Source: Podarcis melisellensis (Eukaryota). From it: DNA of 64,000 bases. Under the pieces are notes generated by a model that saw nothing but the letters and a program-made list of their open reading frames with translations, searched no databases and had not been told where the DNA came from. Below, piece after piece: positions 1-10,223 of the stretch. Both the position numbers and the translations under genes were made by a program. The stretch lies in NCBI GenBank assembly GCA_964234715.1, contig OZ174289.1, one strand, 5' to 3'. How positions within the stretch are numbered: position 1 is the stretch's first letter; each line of letters opens with the position of its first letter.

Positions 1-487
1 TGGAGTGAGTGCCAAGCCACAAAATGGGGCATTCCAGGATACAAACAGAAGCTGGGATTGACTTCTGTGGTTCCTGCTTGGGTGCTTGGAGGTAGATATG
101 CTGTAGACTTCAGGCCGAAGTGGTCAGTGAATAGGCAGCAGTAACAGAAGTGAGGAGAAGGGCGCCATTGCCCAAGATCCTTGAAAAACCTGAAGCCAGC
201 AGTAATAGAGCCTAAGTGATGAGAGATAACCTTCACACTGATGGACACCATTTAAATTTACACAGTGGAAGAGAACTTTCAAAATGCCACTGTTAGTCAC
301 AATGAAATTTCAGAAGTGTGATATCAGGTGATTGTCAGGCCTGTAGTGGGTGTGGGGTTGGGGAAGGCAGGATTTAACCTACTTGCCTTATGCTGTTTCC
401 TACCCCTAAGTTTGTGGTTGAACTGAAGCCAGGTGTGGCACTTCTGCACCGTTCTTTGGGACTGAATGCGCTGTGTCCATGCTTTAG

Positions 488-631
488 AGTGTCTGGCTCC
501 TGATGCCTTGAGGAGAGTTTCCCGGAGGTGTCACAAGAAGGAGAACTGCACCATTGTTGCTGATAAAGCCACTTTCGGAGACCCCTGCTTCCCTGGAGTG
601 AAGAAACAACTGAGAGTCTCCTATACTTGCG
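488..631 (+). CDS. EVA1C-like protein, internal exon (C-terminal part of a SUEL/galactose-rhamnose-binding lectin domain)
   Basis: tttag acceptor at 483-487, G|gtaagc donor at 631/632, 144 bp, phase 1-1. Encodes (E)CLAPDALRRVSRRCHKKENCTIVADKATFGDPCFPGVKKQLRVSYTC with the SUEL FGDPC..K.L.V.Y.C signature. Confidence 0.92.
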
Positions 632-1122
632 GTAAGCTACGTAAAAAAACCTGTATCAAATTGTGCTTGATTGGAAAACTGGCACTGTAGAAATCAGAGG
701 GACAGGAGAATGCTTAAACTGCTTAACAGCTGAAAGTTAAGATATGGATGGCACTCCTACCTATAAGAATTGCCACTGCCACAAAAAAATCCCTGTGGCC
801 AAAGGCCCTTCTAGGCCAGCATTTTGTTCCTCATAGTGGCCAACCCAGATACCCCGAGGAAGCTCACAAGCAGGACACAAGGACAATAGACCTCTCCCAC
901 CATTGTCTTCCAGTGACTGGAATTCAGAAACCCTCTGACGCTGTAGGTAGTAAACAGCCATCATGACTGGCACAAGAACTTAAGACCAGCCCTGCTGGAT
1001 CAGCTCAGTGGTCCATCTATTCCAGCATCTTATTTTCATAGTGGCCACATAGATGCATATGGAAAGCCTGCAACAGCACTCTTTCCTCCTGTGGTTTCCA
1101 GCACCTAGCATTTAGGAGTCTC

Positions 1123-1474
1123 TTGGGCTTGTAGATCGGAAGGTCAGTGGTTCGAATCCCCGTGACGGGGTGAGCTCCCATTGCTCTATCCCAGCTCTTG
1201 CTAACCTAGCAGTTCGAAAGCATGCCAGTGCAAGTAGAAAAATAGGTACCGCTCCGGCGGGAAGGTAAACGGCATTTCTGTGCGCTGTGGTTTCCATCAC
1301 AGTGTTCTGTTGCACCAGAAGTGTTTTAGTCATGCTGGCCACATGACCCGGAAAGCTGTCTGTGGACAAATGCTGGCTCTCTCGGCTTGAAAGTGAGATG
1401 AGTGCCGCAACGCCATAGTCACCTTTGACTGGACGTAACCGTCCAGGGGTCCTTTACCTTACCTTTTTACCTTT
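1123..1474 (+). mobile_element. Sauria SINE (5' part eroded)
   Basis: B-box-like GGTTCGAATCC, diagnostic core 'aataggtaccgctccggcgggaaggtaaacggc...catgctggccacatgacccggaag', and (ACCTTT)-type tail. Confidence 0.85.
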
Positions 1475-2189
1475 TATTGAAGTAAATACATGTTATCTCA
1501 TGTGCTTCCTGTACTTTACTGTTTCTCTCTCTGGGAAGCAGTGACATTAAATAATTCTAGATGGAAGCATTTATTTTATTCATGTGTCTCTATTTACCAG
1601 TACTATTCCAACTGTCTCTTGTCTACCCAAACCCCCAAATCTTTATAGTTCCTTTTCATTAAGATAAAACTTTTAAGTTTAATATTGCTGTTGCTTGCAT
1701 ATTTGATTCTAAGTGTTGCTTGCTTGTTCTTATTAGACTTGGTGTTGTCCTTCTCCTTAGAATAGTTTTGATCTGATGAGTTTAAGTTCAGTGTGTCATA
1801 ATCTGCTTTATTTAGTCTGTCTTGACTGCAGCCATGTTATGTTTATGTTATTTATCAAGCCATAGTCTGCCTTGTTAAATTCTTAAGGTGCTTTTCTTTT
1901 AAGTTTTATTCAGAGCAGACCCACTGAAATTAATGAACATGAGTAAGTTCTGTTAATTAATTTTAATGGATTTATTATTGATAAAGGGTTGAATACCACC
2001 CCTTGTGCCTTGTGTATATGGCTGTTTCACAAACACACTGACAGTGTGCTACTTTCATGCCGAAGCATTCACTGTTGCACACAGTAGCAACTATAAAATG
2101 GGCATCAGTCCTATGAAAGTTGGCAGCGAAACCTCCACCATGACACACACACCCCAATCACAAACAATGATTCCTCTTCCCCTTTTTAG

Positions 2190-2264
2190 TGCCAAGGCAG
2201 CTGCTGGAAGAGGTGGGCCGCAACTCCCAAGAAGACCCTTTCTTAATCTCAGACTACACACATG
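2190..2264 (+). CDS. EVA1C-like protein, internal exon (linker after lectin domain)
   Basis: cttcccctttttag acceptor, G|gtaagt donor, 75 bp, phase 1-1. Reads (V)PRQLLEEVGRNSQEDPFLISDYTH, continuing 'YTC-VP' as in EVA1C. Confidence 0.85.
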
Positions 2265-2906
2265 GTAAGTATCCCGCTTTTACCTTAATCACAAGTAAAG
2301 CTCTGCATTTAGAATCTGCTGGTAGAATCCTCTACCACCACAATCCATCTAAGGCGGGCTGGTAATCCCTTCTGCAGATAGTGGTCTCAGGTAGTGAATG
2401 CTGAGAGGACTGTATCCTAACTGGGGCCACAAAGAAAGAAGAGTGTGCTATCAGCATGATAAGCAGAATTGTGAGATTTGCAACTTTTTAACCCCACCAA
2501 CTTTTCACACCCCCCCTTTCCTAAACAACCCAATGGGTATTCCAAAATGTAGCCATGAAGTAGGTGGAAAAAATAAAAATGGAAGGTGAGTGGTGGTTAA
2601 GTGTTCTGTTTGGAGGGAGTGATTGGTTGCAACCCTCAATAAAGCATTTTGTGCAGGTCCCAGTTGTTAATTAGATTCCCTATTGAACAAACTAAGGCCC
2701 TTTTGAGCCCGTTTTTTGTGCAGAACAGAAAGCATGAGGGACAAAGCATGTTCCTTTCCTTTCCATTAGCTAATTGCCTTGGTCTAATAGCACCCAGAAC
2801 ATCCTTATTGGCTTCTCCCCCTAGTATTCACTGTATTAAAAGGACACAAGTCTTGTGTTTCCCAGGGGTCTTATCTGAACCTTGTTGAGCTGCATCTCCT
2901 TAATTA

Positions 2907-3246
2907 CTGTATTGGCCTAAATATAAGCTGCACCCGAATATCAGCTGCACCTTTAAAATTGGAGGGAGGCAGGGAGAGGAAAAAAAATACCCAAATATAA
3001 GCCACAGCAGACTGGCTGCACGCCTTTGCCCCGTGCTCCTGGTCTACTCTGCTTTGCCAGTGGCCCCCCTTCCCCCCTTTGATCCAATGGCTCAGGGTAG
3101 GCTTTGGAGTGGCAGGCGGCAGTGTTCCTGGGCTGCTTCCTGGGGGGGGGGAGCCATACCCCTTTGCCAGCAGTGTAAGGTCCTGAATATAAGCCACACT
3201 TTAACTTTTCACAATTGGAATTTGGAAAAAAGTGAGGCATATATCT
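2907..3246. mobile_element. Degenerate Tc2/mariner-type non-autonomous element
   Basis: Starts TA|ctgtattggcctaaatataagctgcacc and has repeated internal 'aatataagcc(g/a)ca' motifs; right TIR unclear. Confidence 0.4.
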
Positions 3247-3278
3247 AACCCCACTTGGAAGTTTATCTGGTTGTTATA

Positions 3279-3498
3279 CAGTGGACACTTGGGTTACGTT
3301 ACCTTCGGGTAACATAACTTCCGGGTTGGGAACGCGGCAAACCCGGAATTGCATACTTCTGGGTTTCGCCGTGTGTGCATGCAGAGAAGCGCTTTGCGCA
3401 CCACACATGTGTGCAGAAGCAGCGCCTTATGTTGTGGACTTTTTGGGGTATGTACGGACCCCTGGAACAAATTAAGTTCATATCTGGAGTGTCCACTG
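3279..3498. mobile_element. Tc1/mariner (Tigger-like) MITE
   Basis: TIRs CAGTGGACACT...AGTGTCCACTG flanked by TA on both sides. Confidence 0.75.
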
Positions 3499-3499
3499 T

Positions 3500-4000
3500 A
3501 TTTCTTTAAATATTCGCTAAAGTATTCCCACTCCTCTTTTATATCCAACTCATCTTGATTTCTTATCAAGGATTTTTATGCCCAAAGGTGAAAATAGTCC
3601 CACAAAAGTGAACTGGCAGAATAAGCTAATAGCTAACTCCGCATATTCTATTAGCTTATTCTGCCAGTTTACTTTTGTGGGACTATTTTCACCTTTGGGC
3701 ATAAAAATCCTTTCACCTTTGGGCATAAATTATTCTTGCCGCTGCTGTTGCTTAGAGGAAGAGACTAAATACTTTCTTGGGTATTTCACCCTCTACTATA
3801 CTCAATAAGAACATCTCCGTTTTTGTGTTTTTTTGAGAAATGAGAACCTTACCATCTTTTTTTTTTTAGTTCTATCATCTCCCAATACTCTTTGGCTTTC
3901 TTACAACCCCACCACATATGTCCCTTCAATCTCTTCACATTTCCAGCACAAATTGGTTCATTTTGCCCAATTCCATGCCCACCACTTTTCTCAGTTGCTA
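3500..4000 (-). mobile_element. Decayed L1-type LINE, ORF2 C-terminal fragment, containing an inverted duplication
   Basis: Minus-strand translation fragments CWKCEE, HMWWGCKKAKEYWEMI, AARIIYAQR, WQNKLIEYAELA and IRNQDELDIKEEWEYFSEYL resemble the non-mammalian L1 ORF2 zinc-knuckle/C-terminus. Confidence 0.65.
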
Positions 4001-5344
4001 TCAGTTCTGCCTTGAATGGGGGTTCCATTTCCCATCTTTGTTCTCCTGCGACTTTCCCTCACTGCTCAAGATCCCACCTGGGCTCACCTAATCTCCTCAT
4101 GTTCAGAGGGAAATTCATTGCCCATGCTCATTCATGAGGGGCAAGAGACAAGCCATTTCTCCAAAGCAGAAACTGTGCCAGTGAGTCTATCCTGAGTGTT
4201 AACACTGTGAGATGAGCAACCATGGATGGAAGCAGCAGCTAGAAGCCAGTTAAAGTATATTAAAGAAGCAATAGTGGTGATGGTTGGGGGGGCCTTGCAT
4301 CATCAGCTGTAGTTTTTGTTTAGGGAAGGAGAGTGAAGGCCACCTGGCCATGAAAGAGAAGACCAGAGAGGACAGGAAGCACTGGATTAGGCCTAGCTCA
4401 GAACAGTCTGCCCCTTGAGGCAACAGGACAAGTTAGTGCCTATTTTTCATCTCATGTGCAGAAGTGAACTGGGTTGGCAGATAAATCTGTTTGCAACATG
4501 GCTGATGTGGCAATGCCCTCCATTGCATCAGTGGCAGCATGCTAGTTTAAAGGTGTGGCAAGACAGGTTGGGTGGTGTACACAGCTCTGTCCTCCAACAG
4601 AGGGGAATAGTTGGGAGGCGTAGGAGAAATAGCCGCCTCTGCTCTCCCCCTGCTGCCTGAAGTCTCCACCACCCTTTGCATAATGGCAAGGCCAGCCTTG
4701 CATAGGAAGTGGCCTTGAGTGTAAGGCCTTTGGTCCATCTCTCATGGTATCGTCAACACTGACTGACTCCAGATTGCAGCCAGCCCTACCTTGCTGTAGA
4801 TGATGGTTCAATATCTGGATGCCACATAACTTGGTTATGGTGGTTACCTCATCCTCAGAATGCACACCTGTCACCTAGCAGAGCAGAGGACTCTGAGATT
4901 CATTCTTCACGTGAAAACAAGGGGCAGTGTGGTGTACTAGTTAGAGCACTGGACTGGGACCAGAGAGACCAGACCCAGTCAGCCCTGAAACTCCCCAAGG
5001 GACCTTAGTCTCGTCATGCACTTTCAGGCTAGTCTACCTCAAAGGGCTGTTATGTGGATAAAAACAGGGTTGGGTGGGATAGAAATGGCTACACACGTAA
5101 TAATAATATCCTTCTGGTCCCTGAAACGTTTTTGGTTAGCAGACATAAATAGGAAGTAGAGGAAGTGAGAGTGAGGGGAGGCCAAAGCTCACCCAAATGG
5201 TGTGATGGTGACAGCCCCTACTAATCACCTGCTGTTACATGCTAACTGCCTCTGGACATGGAAGTCCTACTGAGCTTTCATGGTTAATAACCATGGGTAA
5301 TAAATCTGTTCTTTCTTAAGTTGTTGTCACTACAACTTAAAAGC

Positions 5345-5525
5345 ATAGGAAGTTGCCTCATCTTGAGTAAGACCATTGGTCTATCTAGACCAGCATTGTT
5401 TATCCTGATTGGCAGCATCTCTCCAGGGTTTCTGGCAGGGGTCTCTCCCAGCCCCACCTGGAGGTGCCAGGGATAAACCTGGGACCTTCTGCATGCAAAG
5501 CAGTTGCTTCACCACTGAGCCCTGG
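5345..5525 (-). mobile_element. tRNA(Ala-like)-headed SINE
   Basis: Reverse complement gives gctcagtggtggaagcaactgctttgcatgcagaaggtcccaggtttatccctggcacctccagg plus a shared body. Related copies at about 31120, 44557, 47700, 51605, 55790, 59090 and 62480. Confidence 0.7.
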
Positions 5526-5666
5526 TCCTTCACCTTTGTGATTGTGAGTTCCATAGATTACATGATAAAGGAGATGCATTTTAAGGCTGAACGTCTGTTA
5601 GGCAGGCTTCCCTTCTCTCCCGAAACCCTTGTCAGTAAGAACGTGCTATCCCCTTGTTTGCTGCAG

Positions 5667-5756
5667 GTGGCTGGTACACTGGGCCGAGGCTTTCCAGGCT
5701 CCAAGAAAATCTGATGATATTTACTAGCTCTCTGGAAACTTTTGCCCTTTTCTGGG
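5667..5756 (+). CDS. EVA1C-like protein, internal exon (juxtamembrane, start of FAM176-like region)
   Basis: ttgtttgctgcag acceptor, G|gtatgt donor, 90 bp, phase 1-1. Reads (G)GWYTGPRLSRLQENLMIFTSSLETFALFW, resembling the 'NSLAAFAYI..PE' segment of EVA1 proteins. Confidence 0.85.
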
Positions 5757-7067
5757 GTATGTCTGACTTCCCTGGGTGTGCAAGACGGGCAGAGTTGGGA
5801 TGCTGGGGGAAACAGGCCAATCAGGGCCATGGCGCACATTATGTGGGTGGCAAAGCTGTGACTGGGTCTCCCGACCTTTGCGGTAAATGGGGGTGGCACG
5901 TAGTTACTCCAGAACGGAGGAAATGTGCCACTCCCAAAAAAAGAGAGGGCAAAAGGTTTGCACATGCTAAATTATGTGTTAGAGATTCTGATGTAGAAGT
6001 GACTGTCATAGCTGAAATAGAAATGCAACACGTCTTGCCATAGTGGTCTGTTCTGAAAACAGAGGACTGCTTTCTGTAAAGCAGGATAGACTTAACTGTT
6101 AAGCAGCTCTTTTAAGCCATTTTTATCAGTTCAGCAGTGCTAGGAGAAAGTTGCTTCGCCTATGTCTCCTACCCCAGCCTTTTCCAGATCTGAAGTATCT
6201 GTTAGTCTCACTGGAGAAATGCAGGGACAATACAGATCCCCATCTTCTCACCACAGCAAGACTGTTAGCAGCTTTCAGATGAGGAGTGGGATTTAGAAAA
6301 AGGAAACAGCACTCCACTCACTCCAATAAAAACTGAAACCTTAAAGTAAAACTACAAGGAAAGGATCTCACATATCACATTTGACCTTTTGGGATGCCTT
6401 TTCTGTCGGTGCAACCCCCACCCTCTTTAAAGACACCACCCTAGAATTGCAGAAGGAAAGCCCACTGGAATGAATGCACAGGGGTTCCATGTTGTCATCC
6501 CCCCCACCCCATTTAATCCAGATTCGCCAGTTCTGCAGATATGCAGTAAGTAAAAACTGGGTGTGGCAGTGGTAAATTCCAATTAGACAGGAAAAATAAA
6601 TTTGGTGTGGCATTTTGATGGCAACAGAATTGTGTGCGACAGGGAAGGGGAACCTTTGGCCCTCTAATAGGTTGTTGGACTGCAACTCCCATCGTTTTTG
6701 ACCACGAGTCATGCTGGCTGGGTCTGATTGGAGATGTAGTCCAGCAACATCTGGAGGGCCAAAGGCTCCTCATCCCTGGTGCAGGCGCTGTATACTAGCA
6801 TGTATGAGTCACACTGTGTGCAAAATAAATTGGATGTGTCCTCTCTGTTTATCAGTCCATCTCTCTTTTCCTCCAGTTAAACTGCAGACTTAGGTATATG
6901 AGGAGGAGAGGGTGGCTGGAGCAGATGCCACATTCAGGAGGCTCTGACACCCCAAACCATGTCCTCTCTGCTATTGGCCCCTCCCTCTCAACACCCTATC
7001 TCTGCAAGGGAGGAGAATGTGGGTTGACTTCCCCCCTGTTGAGTCTTACTTTCCTTTTTCTTTGCAG

Positions 7068-7453
7068 GCGTTCCTGAGAAGGTGGGCTTTTATTTCCTGT
7101 GCGGAGTCTCAGGAGGCCTGGTGTTCCTCCTCCTCCTCTTTGCACCCAAAGTGGCCTTCCTCCAGGATTTAAAGGAGGCTTTCAAAGCTGCAGAGCTGAG
7201 CGAAAGCCTAGAGCTGGAGACCACCAAGCTGCAGGATGAGCAGGATGACGAGAACCACGATGACAGCTCCTCCGACTCCTCCTTCCGCCGCCTCACTCGC
7301 ACCTACCGCAACTCCAACAATATATTTGGGCCAGAGCTCACTGCGGCCCTGGAAGGAGCGGCAGACCATATGGGCCACGAGGGAGATGAGATCTGGATAC
7401 CCAAGGAGTCCAGCCCATATGCCATCCACAAAATTAAGTCTGCTACCAAATGA
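7068..7453 (+). CDS. EVA1C-like protein, terminal coding exon (transmembrane helix plus cytoplasmic tail)
   Basis: Strong polypyrimidine tract and cag acceptor at 7065-7067, TGA at 7451-7453. Reads (G)VPEKVGFYFLCGVSGGLVFLLLLFAPK (TM), an acidic DDSSSDSSF stretch, and NIF...EIW as in FAM176/EVA1 tails. Confidence 0.9.
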
Positions 7454-7526
7454 GAAAGAATTTGCCATGGGAACAAGGTCAGAGCTGTCTGTTGTAAGCT
7501 GAGGTGGACTGAGCTCAATGGCTTCG

Positions 7527-7960
7527 TAGAATTATAGAATCATAGAATCACAGAGTCGAAAAGAATCCCCAAAAGTCATTTAGTCCAACCCCCTGCAATG
7601 CAGGAATCACATCTAAAGAATCCCTGACAGATGACCATCCAACCTGTTTAAAAACCAATGAATTAAGCGTCCACCATCTTCCGAGGTAGCCCGTTCCGCT
7701 GTCCAACAGCTCTTACTGTCTGAAAGTTCTTCCTAATGTTTAGTTGAATCTCCTTTACTGTAACTTTAATCTGTTGGTTTGGGTCCTACCCTATGGAGCA
7801 AGCAGAAAACAAGCTTGCTCCTCCATCTTCCACATCACAGCCTTATAGATATTTGAAGATGGCTGTGATATCACTCTTCAGTCTACTCTTCTGTAGGCTG
7901 ATCATACCCAACTCCGTCAATTCCTTGAATTAAAGGAGATTCATAATGTCTCCAGACCCT
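7527..7960 (-). mobile_element. CR1 LINE 3' end inside the EVA1C-like 3' UTR
   Basis: (ATAGAATC)n tail (ATTCTATG on -), plus 'aagttcttcctaatgtttag' and 'agatatttgaagatggct' segments shared with the CR1 RT fragment at 63407-64000. Confidence 0.8.
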
Positions 7961-8068
7961 TTATCGCTGGGGCTTTGCAAAGTTGGTTTTGTTATCTTCT
8001 TTTCCCATTCCAAAGTATTTGGGGCAAGGGATTAGAAATGTAAAATAAGTGAGTATATTATGAGTAGG

Positions 8069-8292
8069 TCCCCATTTGCATCTACATTTAAAGCGGTGTT
8101 ATACCACTTTAAACTGTCATGGCTTCCCCCTTCCAGAGCTGCAATTCACAGAGTGGTTTAACAATCAATCCTTTTCCCCAGAGAACTTTGGGAGTTGCAG
8201 CACTGTGAGGGAAATAGGAGGTCTCCTAACAACTCTCAGCACTTGTTAACTAGTTTCCAGGATTCTTTCAAAGCCTAGTGCAGATGGGACCT
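8069..8292. mobile_element. Palindromic MITE-like repeat ('ttaaagc...cctgggaactgtagttt' family)
   Basis: Inverted ends (cccatttgcatct...agtgcagatggg). Related copies at about 27905-28095, 29793-30113, 49470-49810, 49965-50115, 55597-55750 and 61110-61470. Confidence 0.55.
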
Positions 8293-8897
8293 TAAGTTAC
8301 AGAGATAGGGAGCCTGTGGTGACCTCCAGATGTTGTTGTACTATAACTCCTACCATCCCTTCCCATTGGGCATGCTGGCTGGGGATGGTGGGAGTTGGAG
8401 CAAGGTGATGCCTTCCAGTTGTTGCTGCACTACACCTCCCATCATTCATGACCACCCCTGGTTTGGGGTTGATGGGAATTGTAGTCCAACAGCAACAGAA
8501 GGGCATCGCTCTGCTCTTATCATATTTCTTTCATTTTCTGAATGCCAAACTAGACCAAGTTAGATATAGGAGGAAGAACTGCCGGGTCTGCCTGGTTTCA
8601 ATGGCCTTCAGCAACACTATCCAGAGAAACATTGATGTGGAAACCTAGTCTTTGTTGTTGTTTTAAAAAATACTCTAGCTCAGTATATGTAACACCTGGA
8701 AGCTGACTTGACATAAAACTATGTAATGTGAGTTTTGAAAGCAGGGAGAGGCTGCTGCATTTAACAGATTGATTTGCTCTTCCTACTGCATTTTTAACCT
8801 TATTTTTCAGATACGCTCATGAGCAAAATCCGGCAGCACCTGCTTCCTTCTCTGGATGTGTTTAACAGGCCTGAATGCCAAGAGCTGTAAATCTGAA

Positions 8898-8903
8898 AAT
8901 AAA
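8898..8903 (+). promoter_or_regulatory. Candidate polyadenylation signal of the EVA1C-like gene
   Basis: AATAAA followed about 40 nt later by a GU-rich tract (tatgttgttgttgttct, 8941-8957). Confidence 0.5.
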
Positions 8904-10045
8904 AATATTTTGCACAAAATTTAAAGTTTGGCCATAGTAGTATGTTGTTGTTGTTCTAAAAAAAAAGGTTGTGACTTATTTATGAGTTCAATGTACATTA
9001 TTGGTAAATACAACAATTGCAAATTAAGGTGATTACAATTCATTGGCTTATTTGCTGGAGCAAGCCCTGTTGTAATCAGACTTATCTAGTCAAATCTTCT
9101 GCTGATGCAGGAAAAATCCTGGTTTGCCACCCCACTGTGGCTGGTGGCATTTCATGGTGGAAAGTCAGCAGGGTCACAGTTGGTGGGCTGGCACAGCTTA
9201 GGCTCCTACTGTCCAGAGGACCCAATCAGCAGGTTTAATGGGCTCAAGGGGGCTGGGGCATGTTCCAGGTACATAGGTGGCCATTCAGCTTTTGCTCAAA
9301 AATGTTTAAGGAGGAAGAGTGCCACAACTGCTGAGGCAGTCTGTTCTGCTGTAAAACAACTTCAGCCACCTGACTTTGGGCCCTATTATTTGGAGCAATA
9401 AAACCCCCAAATTTGATCTATGTGACAGCTCTTCAGATATTTGAAAATCGATATTAAATCAGCTCTTAATTGGCTCTTCTTCTGGCTAATAATCCCCAAT
9501 ATCTTCCGCTGAATGGAAACTGAGATCACATTCACACCATACATTCGGGACACGTGAATTTCCCCAAAGAATCCTGTAAATTGTAATTTAGCCCTAGCCA
9601 GCCCTTAACAAAGTACAGTTTTATTTAATAATAAAAACTATAGCAATATTTGGGGAAAGCCTTTTGTTTTACATCTGGACAGTGCTATTTTTCTAGAAAA
9701 GGAGGTGCCAGAACCCACTATGAACACATCCCTCATTCTCTTAGAATAGCAATGGGGCCCACCTGAGAGATGCCAGAACTGAGTGCCAGTGAGTTCTGGG
9801 TGGGGGGGGGGAGCCCTGGGTGTGGATATGACCTCTGCAGGAACACTCTGATGCTCCCTCAGGCAGCTCTTTTTCATTTCAAAGGGGCTTGTGTAGACGA
9901 ACACCCTATGTATTTGTGCCCTCTCTGTTCTTTCGTAATACCTCTTACCCCCGCAGCAACACCTGTGACTGGAAATAAAGGAGGGAAAATGGAATGTAAA
10001 TTCAATCTTAATTCCACCAGTCTTTGAAGCTTAGGTTCCTTTAAA

Positions 10046-10048
<3 letters not shown>

Positions 10049-10082
<34 letters not shown>
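10049..10082. repeat. (AC)n microsatellite
   Basis: Direct read. Confidence 0.95.
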
Positions 10083-10085
<3 letters not shown>

Positions 10086-10163
10086 CCTTTCTGTTCCTTG
10101 TCCAACAATGGTTCTGCTGATGGACATCTTTGTTTCTTCCAACAAAGGTGTTTGCTTGTACAG

Positions 10164-10223
10164 TCAGTATGTGAAAAGATAACACACAGGCTTCAGTATG
10201 TGAAAAGATAACACACAGGCTTC
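10164..10223. repeat. 29-bp tandem duplication
   Basis: tcagtatgtgaaaagataacacacaggct occurs at 10164 and 10193. Confidence 0.9.
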
